Shown piece after piece: positions 1 through 10,427 of a stretch of 64,000 nt of DNA. This stretch comes from Azolla caroliniana (taxonomy: Eukaryota; Plantae; Polypodiophyta), in NCBI GenBank assembly GCA_043228905.1, contig JBHGNT010000010.1:14880001-14944000 (forward strand), read 5' to 3'. Position 1 is the first letter of the stretch. Every line of letters begins with the position of its first letter. The position numbers were made by a program, and so were the translations under genes. Under the pieces are notes generated by a model, which had not been told where the DNA came from, did no database searches, and saw nothing but the letters and a program-made list of their open reading frames with translations.

Positions 1-490
1 CGTCGCCCGATCCAATCTGTCCGGTTGCATCCGTCTCGACTGTTGCCCTATCCAATCCGTCCGGTTCGGTTCCAATTCTGGTTCCATTGCCGTCCAGTTC
101 CGGTTCCAATAAGTTTGAAGCGGTATCGCTGGCCAAATTAGGTCGACGCGGGCCCAAGGGAAAAGAAGCGTATAGATGTTTGTGGTGCGATAGCTTCGAG
201 CACTCGCTAAGGGAGTGCACTGACTTGCAAGACGCGATTCGCAAGAATGTCGTTTATTTGGACGACAACATGATTCATTCGAGCGAGACCCGGAAGCCAC
301 TACGAGTGAACTTTGGAAGAGGAAGACGCAAGGCATGTGGACGCTATGCATTATGCCTCATCGGTCGGGATACGAGTTAGAAGAGAGAATCTAAAGACGA
401 TCGGGCCGGACGGAACCGGAACCAGAACCAGAACCGGACCGGACGGATCGGATGGGCCGGATGCAACCGGACGGATTGAATCGGGCGACG
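1..490. repeat. Inverted repeat arms (1-~90 and ~405-490) flanking the gag fragment
   Basis: Reverse complement of 1-33 matches 458-490 with 2 mismatches; 50-86 matches 418-453 in reverse. Confidence 0.8.
130..400 (+). pseudogene. gag: Fragment of Ty3/gypsy gag (CCHC zinc-knuckle region) of the GyC clade
   Basis: ORF 87-380 reads RCLWCDSFEHSLRECTDLQDAIRKNVVYLDDNMIHSSETRKPLRVNFGRG, aligning to GyC Gag RCIWCDSAEHDRRDCDDHKEALRRDLIYYEGNRIHSMDSRKPLRPNFRKG; frameshifted afterwards. Confidence 0.85.
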
Positions 491-759
491 ATCGAGACAG
501 AGAGATCATGCATGGGCTGAACTTTACGGATAATAGGATCATGCGACCGAACTAAAGTAAAGTAAAGTAAAGGTTATGTTAACGCATGCAATTAAAGTCA
601 AACTTTATGTAAAGTAAAGGTCATGTGGATGCATGCATTTGAACTCAAGATGGAAACTGGAGTTCGTTCATGCAAGTACGAGAAGAGAGGAGAAAAGCTA
701 TCTCTCGATAATCCATAGATCCTAATGGTCCTTAGGGGGATCGAAGCCATCTTTTGGGG

Positions 760-1140
760 AAAAAACCCTAATTGTCTTATGGAATCCATCTCTCAAGGGA
801 AGAGGAGAATCCTAATTATCTTATCGAATCCATCTCTCGAGGGAAGAGGAGAATCCTAATTATCTTATTGAATCCATCTCTCAAGGAAGCCAAAAAAAAA
901 ACCCTAATTATCTTATCGAATCCATCTCTCGAAGGAAGAGGAGAATCCTAATTCTCTTATTGAATCCATCTCTCAAAGAAGCAAAAAACCCTAATTTTCT
1001 TATCGAAGCCAAAAACCCTAAATTTTTTCTTATCGAAACCGAAAAACCAAATTTTTTTATCGAAGCCAAAAACCCAAAACTTTCTTATCGAAGCCGAAAA
1101 CCCTAATTTTCTTATTGAAGCCATATCTCACAAAGCCTAA
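760..1140 (+). repeat. Degenerate tandem array (~43-bp then ~29-bp units) containing AAACCCTAA telo-box-like motifs
   Basis: Repeated (a/g)aa(c/t)cctaattatcttatcgaatccatctctc and aaaccctaattttcttatcgaagcc units. Confidence 0.8.
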
Positions 1141-1299
1141 ACTTCTGTAATCCCAATCTTGGGATTGGTTGTAATTTTTCTTTTCCTTCGGTAATGAAAA
1201 ATATCAAAATTTCTGATTTTCATTAATTCTTAATACATAATGCACGAATCTAATATCCTCTGGTCGAAGGCCCAGGGGTCCTGCCTCAAGTTCACGTGT

Positions 1300-3327
1300 C
1301 TTTGTCGTATTTTCGTGACAACGTTTTTAAGAACCTGCCGATCCGGAGCTACTCCCTGTCATACTCGTTCTCGTTGAACTCACTGATTGCCGGAGTGCTC
1401 CCCTCCTTTGCCGCTATTCGAGCCGACTCGAAGAAGTCTATGCCGACTTCTTCGTCTTCGGAAACCATGCCGTCCTCGTCGTCGAACCACGCTCTCGAAA
1501 GCATATCGACCATGGCGTTGTTTTTCCCGGAGACGTGCCGTATCTCCGGATTCACGGACTTGATGTACGCGATCCACCTGAGCATAGCTAGGTTCGGAGT
1601 CGTGCATCTGGAAACCATACCTAGGATACGTAGGCAATCTGTTTCGATTATTACCTCCATCCCGATTAGATAGTCTTTGTTAGCCTTGACTGCCGAAACG
1701 ATACCCCAGAGTTCGCGTTTAACTTGGGTGTATCCTCGCTGCCGGCCACTCAATACCTTCGCCCCGAACTGGATGGGGAACCTCGCACTGTTCTCATCCT
1801 CCTGATTGACCACCCATCCGATCTCGGTGGGGCTCAGGTCCATAGTCACATAAACTGGGACCCCCTTTCCATAAACCACTTTCTGGAGGGCCGGTGTTGC
1901 GGCTAGCGCCTCATTTAACCTCCGGACCAACTCTGCGTGCTCCTCGTTCCATTCGAGCTTATGCCCCTTTTGCAGCAACCCATAGAGCGATTCCGTGACG
2001 TGTGCGTAATGTGGAATCCAGATGTGGTAGAACACGCACGCACCTAGGAACCTCCGGACCTCTACAACCGACTTGCATTCTTCCGTCATCACGGAGATGG
2101 TCTCCAGCTTTGCCGAAGATGGTTTCCGGCCGTAAGGCCCGCACAAGTGTCAAACCCCCAAGATTTTGGATTGCCCGAAAGCCGACTTCTCTCCGGAGAA
2201 GGTGAGTCGCGAACTCTCAAGCCTCCATAGCACCTTCTCGCAGTCGTCGATGTGGTTCGCCACGAACCTTCGGCATCCGTCCGGCCCGACCGATTCATCC
2301 TTATCTTCCACCAGACATCCCTTGATCAGAATATCGTCAAAGAATGGCTTGGTGATGTCCAGGATGCAGTCCCTCAACACCTTGTTCATTGCGTTCACCA
2401 TGTGCGCCACCGAGTTGGTCCCCCCTTGCGGCATGGTACACATCCGCACTAAGCCGAGGGGAGTCCGCATTGTCCTAATATCCCTACTCTCTAGGGCTAG
2501 TTGGAATTGGTCGTATCCTGAGTACAGATCGCCAACCGAATAGATCGACCTTCAAGCGAAGGCTTCCGCGAACTAATCAATGGTCGGCCCGATTCCCACA
2601 TTTCGATGGTCACTTTATTGACCGACTATAGGTTTTGAATGAAGCGCAATGTGCCGTTCTTCTTTGGCACCGTAAACCACCGATTTGAATACGGGGCACT
2701 CGAGGGCTCCAGGATACCCATCTCCACCTTCTGCTTCAATAGCTCCATTAGCTTTGGGATGTGAGCTCTGGGTATTGGAATTGGCTTGAGGTTCCACGAC
2801 ACATGCAATACTGTTTAGATAACCATCGGCTCCACGATCGTCGGGTTCATGCACCCGATCTCCTCCGGTGAGAATGCGAAGGCCTTCCCGTGCCTCCCAA
2901 GCATCCTCCGAAACGGTCCTCCTCCACCAGCAGTAGAAAGCCACCCCCGTTAATCTTGAGCTCCCGTAGCGTCTCGTCGGTGAACTGGTGCCCTATGTCA
3001 GCCGGATTTCGCAAACTTGGGTCTGACGCGACCCCCTTCGTCCGCTCCTCGTTGGCCTCCGGCAAGGGTGCCACGACTGGACTCACCTTCTGGTCCATAG
3101 TCTTGTACCTCGTGTCCACGCGTGCCGTTCGATCCGACCCGACCTTCTCCCCAAAGTCCGCAATGACTTCGTACATTTCCACGGAGCTGACCGGAATCAC
3201 CTAGTCTTCACCCATGCCTTCTTCGACAACCTTCCTGATCTCTCCAAGGGTGTCGTCGAATGAGAACGCCTCCACGGTGCCGCTAATCTCATCGTTGGAG
3301 CTAAGGGCCCCGCACGCCCTAAGACGC
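1300..3327 (-). mobile_element. pol: GyA: degenerate Ty3/gypsy pol fragment (RT and RNase H), same clade as GyC
   Basis: Broken ORFs carry WNLKPIPIPRAH, MPQGGTNS, PFFDD, RRFLGAC, GYTQVKRELWG and NNAMVDMLSR, collinear with GyC Pol; truncated at 3327 by the GyB LTR. Confidence 0.9.
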
Positions 3328-3749
3328 TGTTGTGAAGATCCATCACTAGGTGCAGATTGTGAGGCGGAACCACTAGGGTCCTGGACCGGAAGGATTCGAA
3401 GTTTGCACTAGCTTTAGTGAGAAAGTATTTAAGATAGATTGAAAGAGAGAGAGATTAAGATAAAGATTGAACGCTTGATTTTAGATTTGAGAGACAAGAT
3501 ATATCAATAGGATAACGAGTTTTCTTATTATTTTCCCCAAAATTTACATTCCAATTTTTTACATTAGTCCCCACTTGCTTGATTCCTCCACTCTTTTATA
3601 GATGCCCCCATGCATATGGTGCATGTGAGGGTGCAAGACATGCATGGAATGCATGAAATGCATGCTTGTCATGTCATCATCTAAGTTCTCATGTATGAGA
3701 ATTACATGTAAAACTATATGATAAAAAATATATACTCAAAGAAATGATT

Positions 3750-3822
3750 TGGCTTAATGGTAAGCCTATAGACTCTCAACTTGGAGCTGCAATGTTCAAG
3801 TCTTGTATACATCCCTTTTTAA
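3750..3822 (+). promoter_or_regulatory. tRNA-like Pol III A-box/B-box cassette in the GyB LTR (antisense to the element), followed by a T-run
   Basis: A box TGGCTTAATGG 3750-3760 with ggctt/aagcc stem; B box GTTCAAGTC 3794-3802; T6 run at ~3816. Confidence 0.6.
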
Positions 3823-4471
3823 AGCACAAAATACTATTAGGCTTTTGGTCTTGTAATTACACCAAATATCTTTAAGACACCATGCACTGCGATCAACCGA
3901 TCCGTCTGATTTGCACTTGTTTGGTCCGCATCCCTAGCCGGTTCCGTCACCGACCGGTCACTGGTTACATACATCCCTTTTTAAAGCAAAAAATACTATT
4001 AGGCTTTTGGTCTTGTAATTACACCAAATATCTTTAAGACACCATGCACTGCGATCAACCGATCCGTCCGATTTGCACTTGTTTGGTCCGCATCCCTAGC
4101 CGGTTCTGTCACCGACCGATCACTGGTTACATACATCCCTTATTAAAGCACAAAATACTATTAGGCTTTTGGTCTTGTAATTACACCAAATATCTTTAAG
4201 ACACCATGCACTACGATCAACCGATCCGTCCGATTTGCACCCGTTTGGTTCGCATCCCTAGCCGGTTCCATCACCGGCCGATCGTCGCATCCCGAGCCGG
4301 TCACTGGTTACAGATATCCCTTTTTAAAGCACAAAATACTATTAGGCTTTTGGTCTTGTAATTACACCAAATATCTTTAAGACACCATGCACTGCGATCA
4401 ACCGATCCGTCCGATTTGCACCCGTTTGGTCCGCATCCCTAGCCGGTTCCGTCACCTGCCAGTCACTGGTT
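3807..4471 (+). repeat. Four-copy 162-bp tandem repeat inside the GyB LTR
   Basis: Units start at 3807, 3969, 4131 and 4312 (third unit has a ~19-bp internal duplication); units are near-identical. Confidence 0.95.
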
Positions 4472-4627
4472 GCCGCCGCTGGTCGCTGGCCGCTGTCGTG
4501 ACGATTTTCGGCTACGGTGTGAAACCGAGTGAGATGAATAAACCAAGGATGTGCAACATTGCACATACACTTAGCAAATAAGCCTCCTAAGGCCTAGTGG
4601 CACTTGAGTTCATATAGAGGGGTGCAA

Positions 4628-4686
4628 GCAAGGATTGAACCTTGCACCTCTAACATACAAGATAATTGCCTTACCACTAGGACAAC
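4628..4686 (-). promoter_or_regulatory. tRNA-like A/B-box cassette in the TG1 5' LTR (copy at 7501-7559)
   Basis: Minus strand: tgtcctagtgg, 32 nt, then ggttcaatcc inside the hairpin gcaagg-ttcaat-ccttgc. Confidence 0.6.
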
Positions 4687-5148
4687 TATCATATAGTGTA
4701 GATTTTATGTATTTCCTTTTCATATACAAATTATAGACGAAACAACCATAGAAACCCATGTGCACAAAACCATGGTTTTAAATCCATGGTTTGTGCATGA
4801 CATAAGCAAAACCGTGTGCACAAAACCATGGTTTTAGCCCATGGTTATGTGCATGTCACGAGCATGGAAAGACCTATAAAAGCCTCTAGTTGGGCTTGTG
4901 TAAGGGGGGCTCAATATGTGATATCACCAACACCATTATCATCAATATAATTATATTTGTCTTTATCTTCTTCATTATTTTCTACTTCTCAAGTGTACAA
5001 TTTTTTCTTCTTCTCAAGTAAACCATTTTCATTTAATCTTACATTGATCGTCATCTAGCATCGATAATTCCGCGATCATCCTCCCCAGTCCAAGACCCCG
5101 GTGGTCGCTCGAGTAGCACACGCACGCGCGAATCTTCGCGACATCATT

Positions 5149-5166
5149 TGGTGAACCCGACGTGAA
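5149..5166 (+). promoter_or_regulatory. Primer binding site complementary to tRNA-Trp 3' end
   Basis: TGGTGAACCCGACGTGAA is the reverse complement of the plant tRNA-Trp end TTCACGTCGGGTTCA-CCA; same PBS at 11864, 36609-36626 (-) and 48553-48571 (-). Confidence 0.85.
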
Positions 5167-5187
5167 GAGCAGCAGGGGAGGACGAAG

Positions 5188-7290
5188 ATGGATGGCGAAT
5201 ATCTCATGGAGGCAATGTCAAGAAGGATGATGGAGTTTCTGAGAGAAGGGAAAAGAAGAAATGAAGCCCAACAAGCCGTCGACAAGGTAGTTGAACGAAT
5301 GAGCTATTTCAACGGTGCCGAAGTCCAAAGTTTCCTAAAAGTCTACAATGCGGAGATGGATTCAAGAGGTGTGGACAAAGCTATGAGGCTAGAGTACTTT
5401 TGTCGGGTGGTGTCTCAACCGATCTTCAAAGATGTAGAAGAGCTTCTAGAAGCTCATGATTCGTGGGCGACTTTCGAGAAGGCTCTATTGGAGGAATATG
5501 ACTATGAGAGACTAAAGGGACAAGATCGACGCAACTTCGACCAATGGGTGACATCAGCGAAGACCCACCAAGGTGCGACACAAGCATTCGTAGACTTCGA
5601 GCATCATTTTTCTCAATTGTCGGAGCGGGAACAAAGATTGGTGGGGGTCGATAAGGTCCTTATGTTCGTGAAGTCAATCGATCGAATGGAAAGGATGGCG
5701 ATCGGTCTCAAACTCGAAGAAGATGATGGTGCAAATGGCCTCGTCGAGGATTGGAGCAAAGTGGAAAGTGTATGCCGACTACACGATAAGGGGCAAGCGA
5801 GAATATCGACGACAACAAGACGGCCCATGAGGGATGATCGAAGAGGGACGAGATGCAACAACGCACCACCAACAAAAGAAATGAAGCTTAGAAGGGAGAC
5901 AAAACCGAGGCGAATGGTGATCGAGGAAGAAGAGACCTCCCAACAAATGCGGGTTAATGAAGTGGCCGATACAAAGGCTCTCGTTCGGTATGACGATACC
6001 GAGAGAGAAGGTGTGAAACAAGTCACCTTCTTGTCTTACAAAGAAACGACGGCGAAGGAGGAGGCCGATGACTCGAGGACGGCGAACGCCACTTCGAGGG
6101 AGGATAAATGTTTCGGAACACGCATTGTGTACGAAACATCGGGTGATGACGGCGCAAGCATGAGAAAAGCTTGCATGATCGAGGGAGAAAAAGTGTTTGA
6201 GTCTGAAGAGATTGAGGAGGTAGCCACGACAAACGACATCGAGTCGGAGGTGGCTATGGACGATTCGAAGACGGATAGCCATGTCAAGACTTTCTCCACG
6301 ATTGTTCCAGAGACTTCGGCGGTTGCACCCATGTGCCAACGTGAGACCGGAGAGACGGAAGGTGGTGACGGGAAGACAAAAGCCCAACACAAAGAGGAAG
6401 AAGATCGAGGAAGAAAGGATATCCCCACACCTATTCTAGAGACTTCGGCGGTTGTGCACGTGCGCCAACGTGAGACCGAAGAGACAGAATGTGTGGACAA
6501 AAAAGAGGACGACCGGAAGGGCGATGAAGAAGACAAGGTAAATGTAAATGAACGAAGGGATTCCTTCACACTGGTTCCGGAGACTTCGGCAGTCGAGACC
6601 GTGTGTCGACATAAGACCGAAGATAAAGGAGGTGGCGAAGAGGAGACAATATGGCTCGAGGCGAGCATACACGGAGGGAAGGATATGGCTGACGTGGAGG
6701 CCAAGGATGAAGCTGCGGTTGAGTTCGATGGAGAGGTTGCATGCGGGAAGGAAGGAAGAGTCGAGAACCGGTTGAACCGGAAGACGATCCGGCTGGGATT
6801 CCGACCCGAACGAAGGAAGATCCACATGGGAGCCGATCGACCGGGGCCGACCCGGCCGAAACCTGATTCGGCGAAAATCGATCGGACGATTCCGATCCAA
6901 AAGGGGGCCGACCCAACCAGAATCAATCGGTCGAGCCCGACTCGGGGAAATGTGAATGCAGACGAAGGCCAACCAAGCCAAGAAGCGATCGGTGGAGACC
7001 GATCCGGAGAAGGGCAAACCCAGCCTAATCGGAGATCGACACGAACGATCTACAATACCCAGTTGAAGACGGTGAGCGTGAGGAGTGGCCAGGAGTCCAA
7101 TCGAAGGACACACGCGGTGGACGAAGGAAGAGCGGTCGTATCGACGACATCGTTCGGTAGATCTACTACAACCGATCGGGGAAGAAGGTGTGAGCGCCGG
7201 ATATGGTGGATCGGGTGGCTACGGTGGTTTGGTTGGAAAGATTGCGCATACTCGAAGTGGAAGACAAAGTCAGACGAGGAACTCGGTTGA
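5188..7290 (+). CDS. gag: 700-aa Gag-derived protein: N-terminal capsid-like domain, acidic repeat region, Arg-rich region, Trp-rich C-terminus
   Basis: Uninterrupted ORF starting 21 nt after the PBS; FNGAEVQSFLKVYNAEM...WATFEKAL...DKVLMFVKSID aligns to GyC Gag FNGKDVSRYLQDYKAEM...WEAFEEAL...DKVIMFLRAVD; no CCHC motif. Confidence 0.85.
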   Translation: MDGEYLMEAMSRRMMEFLREGKRRNEAQQAVDKVVERMSYFNGAEVQSFLKVYNAEMDSRGVDKAMRLEYFCRVVSQPIFKDVEELLEAHDSWATFEKALLEEYDYERLKGQDRRNFDQWVTSAKTHQGATQAFVDFEHHFSQLSEREQRLVGVDKVLMFVKSIDRMERMAIGLKLEEDDGANGLVEDWSKVESVCRLHDKGQARISTTTRRPMRDDRRGTRCNNAPPTKEMKLRRETKPRRMVIEEEETSQQMRVNEVADTKALVRYDDTEREGVKQVTFLSYKETTAKEEADDSRTANATSREDKCFGTRIVYETSGDDGASMRKACMIEGEKVFESEEIEEVATTNDIESEVAMDDSKTDSHVKTFSTIVPETSAVAPMCQRETGETEGGDGKTKAQHKEEEDRGRKDIPTPILETSAVVHVRQRETEETECVDKKEDDRKGDEEDKVNVNERRDSFTLVPETSAVETVCRHKTEDKGGGEEETIWLEASIHGGKDMADVEAKDEAAVEFDGEVACGKEGRVENRLNRKTIRLGFRPERRKIHMGADRPGPTRPKPDSAKIDRTIPIQKGADPTRINRSSPTRGNVNADEGQPSQEAIGGDRSGEGQTQPNRRSTRTIYNTQLKTVSVRSGQESNRRTHAVDEGRAVVSTTSFGRSTTTDRGRRCERRIWWIGWLRWFGWKDCAYSKWKTKSDEELG

Positions 7291-9347
7291 TCACCGTTGC
7301 CAAAGATCTCACCTCTTCACCTTTCTCGGCACATATTGGAGGATGTGCGGGTTTGGTGGGGGTGGATGTCGTGACGATTTTCGGCTACGGTGTGAAACCG
7401 AGTGAGATGAATAAACCAAGGATGTGCAACATTGCACATACACTTAGCAAATAAGCCTCCTAAGGCCTAGTGGCACTTGAGTTCATATAGAGGGGTGCAA
7501 GCAAGGATTGAACCTTGCACCTCTAACATACAAGATAATTGCCTTACCACTAGGACAACTATCATATAGTGTAGATTTTATGTATTTCCTTTTCATATAC
7601 AAATTATAGACGAAACAACCATAGAAACCCATGTGCACAAAACCATGGTTTTAAATCCATGGTTTGTGCATGACATAAGCAAAACCGTGTGCACAAAACC
7701 ATGGTTTTAGCCCATGGTTATGTGCATGTCACGAGCATGGAAAGACCTATAAAAGCCTCTAGTTGGGCTTGTGTAAGGGGGGCTCAATATGTGATATCAC
7801 CAACACCATTATCATCAATATAATTATATTTGTCTTTATCTTCTTCATTATTTTCTACTTCTCAAGTGTACAATTTTTTCTTCTTCTCAAGTAAACCATT
7901 TTCATTTAATCTTACATTGATCGTCATCTAGCATCGATAATTCCGCGATCATCCTCCCCAGTCCAAGACCCCGGTGGTCGCTCGAGTAGCACACGCACGC
8001 GCGAATCTTCGCGACACCGCCGCCTCCGGTTTTGGTTGGCCAAAACCTTTGCAAGTAGCTAGGCCACACCCATTCATTTGATTAACTTAACTCAAGTCAG
8101 TTGCTTTATATATTGTAGGATCCTTGTTTGTCCTATCTATGTGGGACATCTCACAGGTTCGTTTTTTTTTTTCGCAACTTCATACCACATAACTTCACAC
8201 TAAGTTGACCGTTTGTTATGTAGCAAAGTGCATTCAAAAGCTCTTCAAGACCTCCATCTTTTTGTACCAAGATATTAAACTTATTTAAAATAGTATCTTC
8301 ACTATTATTGTTTTATATTTCGTGGGAAGAACCACACTTGATTTCATACGTTCCTCACAAGTTTCACATTATCGCCAAAAATCTTCACGACATCCACCTC
8401 CACCAAACCGCACGTCCTCCGGTACATGCCAAGAAGAGAGAGTGCGAGATTTCGGTTACGGTGATCAATCAGATTCTTCCACGTCCTCATTCACATCCGT
8501 CCTATTATCTTCATCGTCGAGGTGATCGAGGTCAGGATCCTCGTCTTGTCTTTACTCTTTCCCCCGCAATGGGTACGACCAACCTTGATCCGTCTACCTC
8601 CGCAAGGTGGTATGTGGCATTATCGTTGGCACTTGTCACCACATATGGTCCAAACCATCTTCTTGCGAACTTTCTTGTTGTACTGTGTTGATTGTCAAAG
8701 CTACTGTCGTAGACCAATACCCAATCTCCTTCTTCGATCTTCTTGGGACGCAGTCGATGCGTCTTGTCGAACCGAATTTTGTTCTTTACTCGGGCTGCCT
8801 CTATCATCTTTCGCACTTTTTCTAGTTCTTTAGGTCTTCTTTCAAGTTGCCTTATCTGTGCTGCTAATAACTCTTCTCGACTCATCTCGTTCTCCCATGG
8901 TATTGTTACCCACGAGGCGATCGTCCTTTCAATGGGCATTACCGGCTTTTGTCCATACATAAGCTCCGTTGGAATATACCCTATCACCGAGCTGTGTGTC
9001 GTTCTGTTAGCCCACAAGGCATAGGGCAATAGTGATGGCCAATTCCTGACTCGACCATTGCATGCTTGTACGATGGCTTTGACGATAGGTCCATGCCCTC
9101 TCTCGATCTTCCCATTCGCTTCTAGATTGTAGGCAGTTGTGAGGGAGAGCTTCACGCCTAGTCATTCGAAAAGCTCCGTTGCTTCGTGTGCATCCAACTC
9201 CCCTCGGTCGGCGACTATCTTTCCCACACATCCGTATCGGCAGACAACCTCTTCGAGTAGAAATTTGCAAACAACCGAGGTCGTCTTATTTGTCAAGGGC
9301 CGTCCTTCCACTTGATTTGTCAATTCTTCTCTTGCCAGAGCTAAGTA

Positions 9348-10427
9348 CTTCATTTGTGTCACTCTCATTGGCATTGAGACCAGATCCACCATCCATTTGA
9401 AGTGTATGGTGAGCGGGTATGTCGGTCGTAGCTCATCACGATGACGTATATTCGAATGTACTTGGCATGTTTCGCATGTGGACACGAAATGGAGTACATC
9501 TTTGTACATGCTTGACCACTAGTACTTCTCCTTCAACTTCTCGAACGTCGCCCATGTTCCTCTATGACCTGCCCAGGCACTCTCGTGGAATTTGGTCATT
9601 AGCATCACTTGCTCTTCTTTCTTCACTACCACTCGATGTGGTATTCCTGTCCTTCTTTTCTGGTGTCGCCAAAGGAATCCTCCCTTCAAGAATTATTGGT
9701 AGGTTTTCTTCATTTGTGTCACTCCCATTGGCATTGAGACCAGATCCACCATCCATTTGAAGTGTATGGTGAGCGGGTATGTCGGTCGTACCTCATCACG
9801 ATGACGTATATTCGAATGTACTTGGCATGTTTCGCATGTGGACACGAAATGGAGTACATCTTTGTACATGCTTGGCCACTAGTACTTCTCCTTCAACTTC
9901 TCGAACGTCGCCCATGTTCCTCTATGACCTGCCCAGGCACTCTCGTGGAATTCAGTCATTAGCGTCACTTTCTCTTCTTTCTTCACCACCACTCGACGTG
10001 GTATTCTTGTCCTTCTTTTTGGGTGTCGCCAAAGGAATCCTCCCTTCAAGAATTATTGGTAGGTTTTCTTCATTTGTGTCACTCCCATTCGCATTGAGAC
10101 CAGATCCACCATCCATTTGAAGTGTATGGTGAGCGGGTATGTCGGTCGTAGCTCATCACGATGACGTATATTCGAATGTACTTGGCATGTTTCGCATGTG
10201 GACACGAAATGGAGTACATCTTTGTACATGCTTGGCCACTAGTACTTCTCCTTCAACTTCTCGAACGTCGCCCATGTTCCTCTATGACCTGCCTAGGCAC
10301 TCTCGTGGAATTCAGTCATTAGCGTCACTTGCTCTTCTTTCTTCACCACCACTCGACGTGGTATTCTTGTCCTTCTTTTTGGGTGTCGCCAAAGGAATCC
10401 TCCCTTCAAGAAGTATTGGTAAGCTTT
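9348..10427. repeat. Exact-period 360-bp tandem triplication of the integrase zinc-binding (HHCC) region in GyB
   Basis: Units start at 9348, 9708 and 10068; each encodes the HHCC segment (...GHRGTW...CETC) on the minus strand and carries the same in-frame TAG. Confidence 0.95.

Larger units (their letters stand above)
4494..8016 (+). mobile_element. TG1: 3.5-kb gag-only (TR-GAG-like) non-autonomous LTR retrotransposon, very recent insertion
   Basis: 650-bp LTRs 4494-5143 and 7367-8016 (TGTCG...CGACA) with no difference found by eye; PBS 5149-5166; PPT 7355-7366; 4-bp TSD CCGC (4490-4493 / 8017-8020); no PR, RT or IN. Confidence 0.95.

Noticed and set aside
760-1140. Interstitial telomere array
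   Set aside because: AAACCCTAA occurs singly within longer units, not as tandem TTTAGGG
3740-3812. Functional tRNA genes at the A/B-box cassettes
   Set aside because: No convincing acceptor stem or anticodon arm; they lie inside LTRs, so they are reported only as tRNA-like promoter modules
3807-4471. CRISPR-like array
   Set aside because: Units are contiguous near-identical repeats with no unique spacers, in a eukaryotic LTR context
5613-7113. Long minus-strand ORFs (137-296 aa) opposite the TG1 ORF, and similar ones opposite other pol genes
   Set aside because: Ser/Phe/Leu-rich shadows of purine-rich coding strands; no independent motifs
9348-10427. Functional integrase with three zinc fingers
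   Set aside because: All three units carry the same in-frame stop
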